Source: Candidatus Sysuimicrobium calidum
Lineage (GTDB): Bacteria; Sysuimicrobiota; Sysuimicrobiia; Sysuimicrobiales; Sysuimicrobiaceae
Length of the DNA: 64,000 bases
Reading direction: 5' to 3'
Assembly: GCA_031459935.1 (NCBI GenBank)
Contig: JAVKHN010000006.1
Span: forward strand, 14,085-78,084
The translations under genes were made by a program, and so were the position numbers. Below are positions 11,783 through 19,943 of the stretch, piece after piece. The stretch's first letter is position 1. Every line of letters starts with the position of its first letter. A model generated the notes under the pieces. The model did no database searches and was not told where the DNA came from. It saw nothing but the letters and a program-made list of their open reading frames with translations.

Positions 11783-12637
11783 ATGCAGTTCGTGATCATC
11801 ACGGGACTCTCCGGAGCGGGCAAGTCCACCGCGGTGCATGTCTTTGAGGATATGGGCTACTTCTGCGTGGACAACCTGCCGCCCGCCCTGGTGCCCCGGT
11901 TCGCGGAGTTGGTGAGCCGCTCCCAGGGGCGGGTGGACCGAGTGGCGGTGGTGATGGACATCCGCAGCGGGGAGTTCTTCGACGAGATCGAGGAAGCCCT
12001 CCGGGCCCTGGACGAGCGCCGGCTTCCCTACCGCATCCTCTTCCTGGACGCCTCGGATGAGGTCCTGGTCCGCCGATTCAAGGAGACCCGCCGCAAACAC
12101 CCGCTCGCTCCGGACGGCTCCGTTCTGGAGGGCATTCAGGCAGAACGGAGGCGCCTGGAGACCCTGCGGGAGCGGGCCCACAAGATCGTGGACACCAGCA
12201 CCCTCACCCCTCAGGCCCTGCGGGCGGAGCTCCAGGCGGAGTTCGGGCCGGCTTCCCTGCGGGCCCTCACCATCACCGTGCTCTCCTTCGGGTACAAGCA
12301 CGGGCTGCCCATGGATGCGGATATGGTCTTCGACGTGCGCTTTCTGCCCAACCCCCACTATGTGCCCGAGCTGCGTCTCCACCCCGGAACCCATCCGGAA
12401 GTGCGGGCCTATGTGCTGGCCTCCCCCGAGGCCCGGACCTTCCGAGAGCGGCTGCTGGAGATGGTCTTCTTTCTGCTCCCGCACTTCATCCGGGAGGGGA
12501 AAGCACACTTGGTGATTGCGATCGGGTGCACGGGGGGCCGACACCGATCCGTGGTCTTCGCGGAGGAACTGGGAAACTTCCTCCGGCAACTGGGCTACGC
12601 GATCCGGATCCGGCACCGGGACCTGGATCGGGAGTGA
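11783..12637 (+). CDS. rapZ: RNase adapter / nucleotide-binding protein RapZ (YvcJ)
   Basis: MQFVIITGLSGAGKSTAVHVFEDMGYFCVDNLP Walker A start and the C-terminal AIGCTGGRHRSV motif. Confidence 0.92.
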   Translation: MQFVIITGLSGAGKSTAVHVFEDMGYFCVDNLPPALVPRFAELVSRSQGRVDRVAVVMDIRSGEFFDEIEEALRALDERRLPYRILFLDASDEVLVRRFKETRRKHPLAPDGSVLEGIQAERRRLETLRERAHKIVDTSTLTPQALRAELQAEFGPASLRALTITVLSFGYKHGLPMDADMVFDVRFLPNPHYVPELRLHPGTHPEVRAYVLASPEARTFRERLLEMVFFLLPHFIREGKAHLVIAIGCTGGRHRSVVFAEELGNFLRQLGYAIRIRHRDLDRE

Positions 12638-12640
12638 GGG

Positions 12641-13990
12641 ATGAAGCCGCCAGGGATCTGGGTGCGCCTTCGGCATCGGGTGCGCCAGTTCGCGAAGTGG
12701 CTGGTTCCGGGGATCCGGGTCAAGCGCTTCCTGGCCCTGGTGCTGCTGGGAGTCCTGTTGGTGACCGCGGGCTCTCTGCTCCTCCTCCTGGGGTATCTCC
12801 ACCTCCGGGGGGATACCCTGGAGCGGATCGTCGCTCTCCCGGGCGGGGCAACCCTGGGCTTGGGTGCGCTCCTGGTGGTCCTGGGCCTCTACGGCATCTT
12901 CCTCGGCGTACGGGCCACCATCCGGTCCGTGGCCGGCATCTTCCTGCCGCGGGGGGACCACCGGCTCGTGGAGCTGCTGGTCCAGCGCCGGGCTCTTCCC
13001 CGTGGGCCTCGCATCGTGGCCATCGGGGGGGGGACCGGGCTCTCGACCCTCTTGCGGGGCCTCAAGGCATACGCCACCCACCTCACCGCGGTGGTTACGG
13101 TGACCGACGACGGGGGGAGCTCCGGACGCCTCCGGCGGGAGCTGGGAATCCTTCCCCCCGGAGACATCAACGACTGCCTGGTGGCCCTGGCAGAGGTGGA
13201 ACCCGTGATGACCCGGCTGTTCCAGCACCGCTTCGACCGGGGAGATCTGGCGGGTCACTCCTTTGGCAATCTCTTCCTGGCCAGCATGGTGGGGGTCGGG
13301 GGGGATCTGGTTTCCGCAGTACGGCTCGCCAGCCGCGTGCTTGCCATCCGGGGGCAGGTTCTCCCGGCCACCGCGGACCAGGCGGTGCTGGGGGCGGAGT
13401 TCGCGGACGGGACCGTGGTGGAGGGAGAATCCGCCATCCCGCAGGTCCGCAAGGCCATCCGGCGGGTCTACCTGAATCCCCCGAACGTGCGTCCGGTCCC
13501 GGAGGTGCTGGAGGCTTTGGCCGAGGCGGACCTCATCCTGTTGGGCCCCGGCAGCCTGTTCACCTCCGTGCTCCCCAACCTCCTGGTTCCAGGCATCGCG
13601 GAGGCCCTCCGGAAGGTGTCCGCACCCGTGGTGTACATCGTGAACGTCATGACCCAACCCGGGGAGACGGACGGCTTCCGGGCCTCCGATCACGTGCGGA
13701 TGGTGGTGGAGCACCTCGGGCCCGGGGTGGTGGATGTGGCTCTGGTCAACACCCAGATGCCCCGCAACCGGGCCCTTCTGGAGCGCTACCGGGAACAGGG
13801 TGCCTTCCCTGTGGAGCCGGACCTGGAGCGGATTCGTCAGCTGGGCGTGGAGGTGGTGGGGCGCCCCCTCATGAGCGAACTGGACCTCTTGCGCCATGAC
13901 CCGGCCCGCCTGGCCCAGGCGGTTCTGGAGATCCTCGAACGCCTCCTGCACCGCCGGCGCCCGCTGCGGGTGAGCGTGATCAATCCGTAG
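12641..13990 (+). CDS. yvcK: YvcK/CofD-family gluconeogenesis factor with an N-terminal membrane domain
   Basis: IVAIGGGTGLSTLLRGLK and DDGGSSGRLR motifs (UPF0052). About 125 aa with 2-3 hydrophobic helices precede the catalytic fold. Confidence 0.85.
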   Translation: MKPPGIWVRLRHRVRQFAKWLVPGIRVKRFLALVLLGVLLVTAGSLLLLLGYLHLRGDTLERIVALPGGATLGLGALLVVLGLYGIFLGVRATIRSVAGIFLPRGDHRLVELLVQRRALPRGPRIVAIGGGTGLSTLLRGLKAYATHLTAVVTVTDDGGSSGRLRRELGILPPGDINDCLVALAEVEPVMTRLFQHRFDRGDLAGHSFGNLFLASMVGVGGDLVSAVRLASRVLAIRGQVLPATADQAVLGAEFADGTVVEGESAIPQVRKAIRRVYLNPPNVRPVPEVLEALAEADLILLGPGSLFTSVLPNLLVPGIAEALRKVSAPVVYIVNVMTQPGETDGFRASDHVRMVVEHLGPGVVDVALVNTQMPRNRALLERYREQGAFPVEPDLERIRQLGVEVVGRPLMSELDLLRHDPARLAQAVLEILERLLHRRRPLRVSVINP

Positions 13991-14006
13991 CCGGGTTTTT
14001 GTTTGC

Positions 14007-14036
14007 TTGACATGGGGAGAAAGGAAACCCTATGAT
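14007..14036 (+). promoter_or_regulatory. sigma-70-type promoter for the nuo operon
   Basis: TTGACA (14007-14012), 18-nt spacer, TATGAT (14031-14036), about 150 nt upstream of nuoA. Confidence 0.55.
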
Positions 14037-14186
14037 GCGCCTGGACCGTCAGGACCGGATTGCCCACCGGACGATGGTTCCGGCATTCGTTGCCGCGGTG
14101 TGACGGGTTCCATTCGGGGCGGGAAACCGACGGTACGGAGGCCATGGCGGGTCAGACCTTCTGGCCCCCGGACGGAGTAACGCGAG

Positions 14187-14552
14187 GTGAGGGAAGTGCC
14201 GTTAGACTGGGCATATGTGGCGGCCTTTGCGCTTCTGGGTAGCCTTCTGGCGGCACTGCCTTTTGTCGTGGTATGGTTGCTCGCCCCCCGCAGTCAGTAC
14301 CCTCAGAAGCGGTTGACCTACGAATCGGGTGTGATCCCCTTCGGCAGCGCGTGGGCCCAGTTCCATGTGCGCTACTACCTCTACGGCCTGGTGTTTCTCC
14401 TCTTCGACATCGAGGTGATCTTCATCTATCCGTGGACCGTGGTCCTCCGGCAGCTGGGGCCGCTGGCCTTCGTGGAGATGCTGATCTTCATCGTCGTCCT
14501 CGCGGTGGGGCTCATGTATGCATGGCGGAAGGGGGCCCTGGAGTGGGCGTGA
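14187..14552 (+). CDS. nuoA: NADH-quinone oxidoreductase subunit A
   Basis: YESGVIPFGSAWAQFHVRYYLYGLVFLLFDIEVIFIYPW is the signature NuoA/ND3 block. The start is ambiguous (GTG 14187 or GTG 14196, the latter better spaced from GAGGTGAGG). Confidence 0.9.
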   Translation: MREVPLDWAYVAAFALLGSLLAALPFVVVWLLAPRSQYPQKRLTYESGVIPFGSAWAQFHVRYYLYGLVFLLFDIEVIFIYPWTVVLRQLGPLAFVEMLIFIVVLAVGLMYAWRKGALEWA

Positions 14553-15535
14553 TGGCTGAGGTGATCCGGATCGTCCTCTCCGTGGTGATCGTCTTCACCT
14601 TCGTCGCCGTGGGCGTGGCGCTCTTCCTGGTCCTCATGGAGCGGAAGGTGAGCGCGTGGGTTCAGGCTCGCATCGGACCCCGCCACGTGGGACCGTACGG
14701 GGCCCTGCAGACCGTGGCAGACCTTCTGAAGCTGCTCCAAAAGGAGCACATCCTGCCTGCGGGAGCGGATCGCCTGATGTTCGCCGCCGCCCCCGTGGTG
14801 GTGGCAGTAGCAGCCCTCCTGAGCTATGTGGTGCTCCCCTGGGGCCCGGGCGTCATCGTGCGGGACCTGGGGGTGGGGGTGCTGTACTTCACCTCGGTCC
14901 TCTCCCTCGAAGTGGTGGGAATCCTCACCGCGGGGTGGGCCTCCAACAACAAGTACGCCCTGCTCGGAGGGTTGCGGTCCGCCGCCCAGATGGTTTCCTA
15001 CGAGCTTCCCCTGGGTTTTTCCATCCTCACGGTGGCCACCATCACAGGCACCCTCTCCACGGTACGCATGGTGGAAGCTCAGCCCTATCCCTGGTACACT
15101 TACCCTTCTGTCATCGTGGCGGGCCTCGTGTTCCTGGTGGCCGCCACCGCGGAAAGCAACCGCATCCCCTTCGACCTGCCGGAGGCGGAGTCGGAGCTGG
15201 TAGCCGGATACTTCTCCGAGTACTCCCCCCTCAGGTTTGCCCTGTTTCAGCTGGGAGAATACGGGTCCCTGTTCGCCACCTCGGCCCTCTTCGTGACCCT
15301 GTTCCTGGGAGGCTGGCGGGGTCCGTTTGAACTCCCGCTCGTGGGTCCCGTGGTGGACGGGATCTTCTGGTTTCTGCTGAAGACCTATGCGGTGGTGTTC
15401 TTCTTCATGTGGGTGCGATGGACGTATCCTCGCTTCCGGATCGATCAGCTGCTGAACGTCTCCTGGAAGCTCCTGTTGCCCGTGAGTCTTGCAAATCTTC
15501 TCCTGGCGGGATTGCTGATAGCGGGGAGCGGGTGA
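14552..15535 (+). CDS. nuoH: NADH-quinone oxidoreductase subunit H
   Basis: The ATG overlaps the nuoA stop (TGATG). LMERKVSAWVQARIGPRHVGPYGALQTVADLLKL and AESELVAGYFSEYS motifs. Confidence 0.93.
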   Translation: MAEVIRIVLSVVIVFTFVAVGVALFLVLMERKVSAWVQARIGPRHVGPYGALQTVADLLKLLQKEHILPAGADRLMFAAAPVVVAVAALLSYVVLPWGPGVIVRDLGVGVLYFTSVLSLEVVGILTAGWASNNKYALLGGLRSAAQMVSYELPLGFSILTVATITGTLSTVRMVEAQPYPWYTYPSVIVAGLVFLVAATAESNRIPFDLPEAESELVAGYFSEYSPLRFALFQLGEYGSLFATSALFVTLFLGGWRGPFELPLVGPVVDGIFWFLLKTYAVVFFFMWVRWTYPRFRIDQLLNVSWKLLLPVSLANLLLAGLLIAGSG

Positions 15536-15537
15536 GG

Positions 15538-16029
15538 ATGGCGGAAGCCGTGGCCTTCTACGGACTGACCGCGGTGGCCCTGGGCGCCTCCCTGATGGTG
15601 GTGCTGTCCCGGAACATGGTGCACGCCGCGGTTTCCTTGATCCCCGTGCTCCTGGCGATCGCGGGCTACTACGTGTTGCTGGGCGCAGAGTTCCTGGCCG
15701 CCATCCAGATCCTCATCTACGCGGGCGCCATCACCGTGCTCATCCTGTTTGTGATCCTGCTCACGGAGGGCGCCACGGGCTTGCGGGTTCGCCCCCGGAA
15801 CGAGCAGGTGCCCCTGGGGGCCATCACCTGCCTTGTCCTGGCGGCGCTGCTCATCGCGGTGCTTACCCGAACCCCCTGGCCCCAGACCCGGAGTTCCCTT
15901 CCCGAATACAATCCGGGGGCCGTGGGCGAGAGCTTTCTCACCGCGTATGTGCTGCCCTTTGAGGCGATGTCCTTGCTGATCGTGGCGTGTCTGGTGGGGG
16001 CCATCGTCGTAGCGCGCAGGGAGGAATGA
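15538..16029 (+). CDS. nuoJ: NADH-quinone oxidoreductase subunit J
   Basis: Starts 2 nt after the nuoH stop. GAEFLAAIQILIYAGAITVLILFVILL is ND6-like. Confidence 0.88.
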   Translation: MAEAVAFYGLTAVALGASLMVVLSRNMVHAAVSLIPVLLAIAGYYVLLGAEFLAAIQILIYAGAITVLILFVILLTEGATGLRVRPRNEQVPLGAITCLVLAALLIAVLTRTPWPQTRSSLPEYNPGAVGESFLTAYVLPFEAMSLLIVACLVGAIVVARREE

Positions 16030-16334
16030 TCGGACTCGAACACTATCTCGTCTCCAGCGCCCTCCTGTTCGCCGCGGGCCTGTTTGCGGTACTGACGCGG
16101 CGCAACGCGGTGGCGATCCTTATGGGAATCGAACTCATGCTGAACGCGGCCAACATCAACTTCGTGGCCTTCACCAAGTTCGTCTCCCCGGAGCTTGTGC
16201 GGGGGCACATCGCGGCCCTCATCGTCATTGCCCTGGCCGCGTGCGAAGCGGCAGTGGGACTGGCGCTGGTGATCAGCGCCTACCGGCACCTGGAGACCGT
16301 GCAGGTGGATGAGATCAACCTCATGAAGTGGTAG
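16026..16334 (+). CDS. nuoK: NADH-quinone oxidoreductase subunit K
   Basis: ATGA overlap with nuoJ. About 100 aa with ILMGIELMLNAANINFVAF (conserved Glu). Confidence 0.9.
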   Translation: MIGLEHYLVSSALLFAAGLFAVLTRRNAVAILMGIELMLNAANINFVAFTKFVSPELVRGHIAALIVIALAACEAAVGLALVISAYRHLETVQVDEINLMKW

Positions 16335-16341
16335 GAGGACC

Positions 16342-18423
16342 ATGGGAGCCTGGGCCTGGCTCATCCCGCTCTTCCCCCTCGCCGCGTACGGAATCCTCAT
16401 CGCCTGCGGGCGAAAGCTCGGAGACCGGTCTCCCCTGGTGGCGGTGGGGGCCATGGTTCTGGCGACCCTGATGGCCCTGGCCGTGTTCCTAGAGCAGCTC
16501 GGTGGAGCGGAGCCGTACGTGTGGCGGGCCGTGTGGGCGGTGGGGGGCGACCGGGTGATCACCGCGGGGTACACCGTGGATCGTCTGTCCGCCACCATGG
16601 CCCTGATGGTCACGGTGGTGGGCACCCTCATCTTCCTGTACTCCATTGGGTACATGCAGGGGGACCCTTATTACAGCCGGTTCTTCGCCTTCCTCAGTCT
16701 CTTCTGCGCGGGAATGCTCACCACGGTCCTCGCCAACAGCTTCCTGGTGCTCCTCCTAGGCTGGGAGATCATCGGGCTGTGCTCGTACCTCCTCATCGGC
16801 TTCTACTTCCGGCGGCGGTCCGCCAACATGGCGCAGATGAAGGCTTTCCTCACCACCCGGGTGGGGGACACCCTCATGCTGGTGGGGATCCTGCTGCTCT
16901 TCGCCCAGTTCGGCACCGTGGACTATCAGGAGATCTTTGAGGCCCTGGTCCACGGCAAGGCCTGGTCCCCCGCTGCGGTCACCCTCTTCGGCCTGCCCGT
17001 GCCCCTGGCGGTCCTGGGGGCTCTGTTGGTCTTCGGAGGACCTGTGGGAAAGAGCGGCCAGGTCCCTCTGCACGTGTGGCTGCCGGACGCCATGGAGGGG
17101 CCCACTCCAGTCTCCGCCCTCATCCACGCGGCCACCATGGTGGCCGCGGGTGTGTACCTAGTGGCCCGCACCTATCCCCTTTTCTTCTACACCCCGGATC
17201 ACGTGGCTCTGGAGGCGGTGGCGTGGGTAGGAGCGGTCACGGCACTGCTGGCCGCCTTCATGGCGGTGGCCCAGGATGACATCAAACGCATCCTTGCGTA
17301 CTCCACCATCAGCCAGCTGGGATTCATGATGGCAGGCCTGGGGGTCCTGGGGTACACCGCGGGCTTCTTCCACCTCCTCACCCACGCCTTCTTCAAGGCG
17401 CTGCTGTTCCTAGGAGCAGGAAGCGTGATTCACGCCGTGCACACGAACAACATCAAGGAGATGGGCGGGCTATGGAGGAAGATGCCCATCACCTTCGGGA
17501 CCTTCCTCATCGGGTACCTGGCGCTCGCTGGAATCTTTCCGTTCGCGGGCTTCTGGAGCAAGGACGAGATCCTGCTGGAAGCGTATCACCGCAACGCCGC
17601 GGTGTACTGGGTGCTCACCGCGGCTTCCTTCCTCACCGCCTTCTACATGACGCGGCTGGTGGCCCATGCCTTCTTCGGTTCCTTCCGGGGCCCCGCACAC
17701 CCGGAGCCGGACCCCTGGCTTGAGGAGGACTATGCCCGGGCCGGAGTGCGGAATCCCCACCACGGATCCCATGGGCACGGCTCACATGCCCCCGTTCCGC
17801 ACGAGAGCCCGCCCGTGATGACCGTGCCCCTCGTGGTGCTCGCGGTCTTCTCCACGGGGGTGGGGTTCCTGGGAGCTCCCGGCACGGGACCGGAGGGCGG
17901 GTCCTGGTTCCATCACTTCATCGAGTTCGAAGGGTTCCGGGAGGTGGGCATCCATGCGCCCGGTTTCTCCTGGCCCGTAGCGCTGCGGGGACTAGGGGTG
18001 GCCCTGGCGGGCATCCTCGTGGCCTGGAGGATGTACGGGGGACGGAAGAGGTACAGCGAGCAGGTGCGGAGCTGGATGCCGTGGCTGGTCACCTTCCTGC
18101 GGAACCGGATGTACTTCGACGCGTTCTATGGCTGGCTGTTCGTGCGGGGAGGACTGGCCTTGGCTCGACTGCTGCGTGCCTTCGATACCTACGTGGTAGA
18201 CGGGTTGGTGAACGCGGTGGGTTACTTCACGGTGCTGATCGCTCGGATCGACCGGATCATTGATACGTACGTGGTGGATGGCCTCGTGAACCTGGTGGGT
18301 ATCCTCACACGGTGGTTGGGCTGGATCCTGCGTTACGTCCAGACGGGTCGGGCCTACAACTACATCCTCATCGCCACCTTGGGAGTGGTGCTCATCGTGG
18401 TGTGGACCCTGTGGAGGTTGTGA
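16342..18423 (+). CDS. nuoL: NADH-quinone oxidoreductase subunit L
   Basis: 693 aa. Antiporter-like core (LGWEIIGLCSYLLIGF, HAATMVAAGVYL, HAFFKALLFLGAGSVIH) plus a long C-terminal lateral-helix region. Confidence 0.93.
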   Translation: MGAWAWLIPLFPLAAYGILIACGRKLGDRSPLVAVGAMVLATLMALAVFLEQLGGAEPYVWRAVWAVGGDRVITAGYTVDRLSATMALMVTVVGTLIFLYSIGYMQGDPYYSRFFAFLSLFCAGMLTTVLANSFLVLLLGWEIIGLCSYLLIGFYFRRRSANMAQMKAFLTTRVGDTLMLVGILLLFAQFGTVDYQEIFEALVHGKAWSPAAVTLFGLPVPLAVLGALLVFGGPVGKSGQVPLHVWLPDAMEGPTPVSALIHAATMVAAGVYLVARTYPLFFYTPDHVALEAVAWVGAVTALLAAFMAVAQDDIKRILAYSTISQLGFMMAGLGVLGYTAGFFHLLTHAFFKALLFLGAGSVIHAVHTNNIKEMGGLWRKMPITFGTFLIGYLALAGIFPFAGFWSKDEILLEAYHRNAAVYWVLTAASFLTAFYMTRLVAHAFFGSFRGPAHPEPDPWLEEDYARAGVRNPHHGSHGHGSHAPVPHESPPVMTVPLVVLAVFSTGVGFLGAPGTGPEGGSWFHHFIEFEGFREVGIHAPGFSWPVALRGLGVALAGILVAWRMYGGRKRYSEQVRSWMPWLVTFLRNRMYFDAFYGWLFVRGGLALARLLRAFDTYVVDGLVNAVGYFTVLIARIDRIIDTYVVDGLVNLVGILTRWLGWILRYVQTGRAYNYILIATLGVVLIVVWTLWRL

Positions 18424-18425
18424 CC

Positions 18426-19943
18426 ATGCCGGTTCTCACCGTGACCCTGTTCCTGCCGCTCCTGGGCACCCTCGTGGTGTTGCTCCTGCCCCCGCACGAC
18501 CCGCACCGCATCCGGAGGGTGACGCTCGTGTTCGCGGGGCTCACCTTCCTGAGCTCTGTAGGGATCCTGTCGTATTTTGACTTCGGGCGCCGGGAGATCC
18601 AGCTCATCGAGCAGGCGGCCTGGATCCCTGCCATCGGTGTCCAGTACAAGGTGGGGGTGGACAGCATGAGCCTTGCCCTGGCCATCCTCACCACCCTCCT
18701 CACCCTCCTCTCCGTGATCTACTCCCTCCGGGTGGAGGAGCGGGTGAAGGAGTATAACCTGCTGTTCCTGCTGTTGGAAACGGGCATGTTGGGCGTGTTC
18801 TTCGCCCTGGATTTCTTCCTGTTCTACGTGTTCTGGGAGCTCACCCTGGTACCCATGTACTTCCTCATCGGGATCTGGGGGGGGCCCCGCCGGGAGTATG
18901 CGGCCATCAAGTTCTTCCTGTACACCCTGGTGGGCTCCCTCGCCATGCTGCTGGCCATCCTGCTCCTGTATTTCCACCTGCCCCCCGGGGAGCGGACTTT
19001 TGACGTGCTGCGGATCCTGGAGGTCCGGCCGCTTTCAGGAACCGGCCTGTTGACGCAGCTGGCCTTCTGGGGCTTCTTTCTGTCCTTCGCCATCAAGGTG
19101 CCCATGTGGCCCTTCCACACCTGGTTGCCGGACGCCCACGTGGAAGCCCCCACCGCGGGATCCGTCATCCTGGCTGCCATCCTGCTGAAGCTGGGGACCT
19201 ACGGGTTCGTACGCTTCAGCCTCCCCCTCTTCCCGGAGGTTTTCCAGCAGCACGCTTCCCTCATCGCAGTCCTGGCCATCGTCGGGATCATCTACGGAGC
19301 CCTGGTGGCCATGGCACAGCAGGATCTCAAGAAACTGGTGGCCTACTCCTCCGTGAACCATATGGGATATGTGATGCTGGCCGTGGCCGCCGCGGCTGCG
19401 GCGCGAGGAAAGCCGGAGCTCGTGGGCCCCGCGGCCACGGCCCTAAACGGCGCGGTGCTGGAGATGCTGGCTCATGGGGTCATCACGGGGGCCCTGTTCC
19501 TCATCGTCGGTGTCATCTACGACTACCGGACCCACACCCGCGGGGTGGAGGACTTCGGCGGGCTGTGGGCAGTGCTCCCCAAATACGGGGCTGTGACCAT
19601 CACCGCCATGTTCGCCTCCTTGGGACTTCCGGGGCTCATGGGGTTCGTGGCGGAGTTTTTGATCTTCGTGGGTTCCTTCGCCATCCTGCCCGTACACACC
19701 GCAATCGCAGCCATCGGTATCATCGTCACCGCCGCCTTCTTCCTGTGGACGATCCAGCGCATCTTCCTGGGTCCCACGAACCCTCGGTGGATCAACCTGC
19801 CGGACCTGGACCGCAGAGAAGCTTGGTCCCTGGTACCTCTGGTGATCCTCATGATCGTGTTCGGGGTGTACCCGCGGCCACTCGTGGAGTTCATCAACCT
19901 CAGCACCACGCAGGTGATGCAGCTGGTGGGGTTGGTGCGATGA
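18426..19943 (+). CDS. nuoM: NADH-quinone oxidoreductase subunit M
   Basis: FYVFWELTLVPMYFLIGIWGG, WLPDAHVEAPTAGSVILAAILLKLGTYG, 505 aa. Confidence 0.93.
   Translation: MPVLTVTLFLPLLGTLVVLLLPPHDPHRIRRVTLVFAGLTFLSSVGILSYFDFGRREIQLIEQAAWIPAIGVQYKVGVDSMSLALAILTTLLTLLSVIYSLRVEERVKEYNLLFLLLETGMLGVFFALDFFLFYVFWELTLVPMYFLIGIWGGPRREYAAIKFFLYTLVGSLAMLLAILLLYFHLPPGERTFDVLRILEVRPLSGTGLLTQLAFWGFFLSFAIKVPMWPFHTWLPDAHVEAPTAGSVILAAILLKLGTYGFVRFSLPLFPEVFQQHASLIAVLAIVGIIYGALVAMAQQDLKKLVAYSSVNHMGYVMLAVAAAAAARGKPELVGPAATALNGAVLEMLAHGVITGALFLIVGVIYDYRTHTRGVEDFGGLWAVLPKYGAVTITAMFASLGLPGLMGFVAEFLIFVGSFAILPVHTAIAAIGIIVTAAFFLWTIQRIFLGPTNPRWINLPDLDRREAWSLVPLVILMIVFGVYPRPLVEFINLSTTQVMQLVGLVR

Noticed and set aside
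11765-13951. Very long antisense or alternate-frame ORFs. Examples are 728 aa at 11765-13951 (-), 737 aa at 25196-27409 (-), 826 aa at 48481-50961 (+), 799 aa at 36582-38981 (+) and 561 aa at 9015-10700 (-).
   Set aside because: Each lies opposite or out of frame with a gene that has unmistakable family motifs. Their translations are low-complexity and rich in Arg, Pro, Gly and His, as expected when stop codons are rare in high-GC DNA. None has a recognisable motif.
14080-14130. GACGGGUUCCAUUCGGGGCGGGAAACCGACGG in the nuoA leader resembles the GGGUUCC block of the guanidine-I (ykkC) riboswitch.
   Set aside because: The other conserved ykkC blocks (GGUCCGAGAG, ACACGGCGGGA..AAAGCCCGGGAGA) are absent, and the downstream genes are not guanidine-related.
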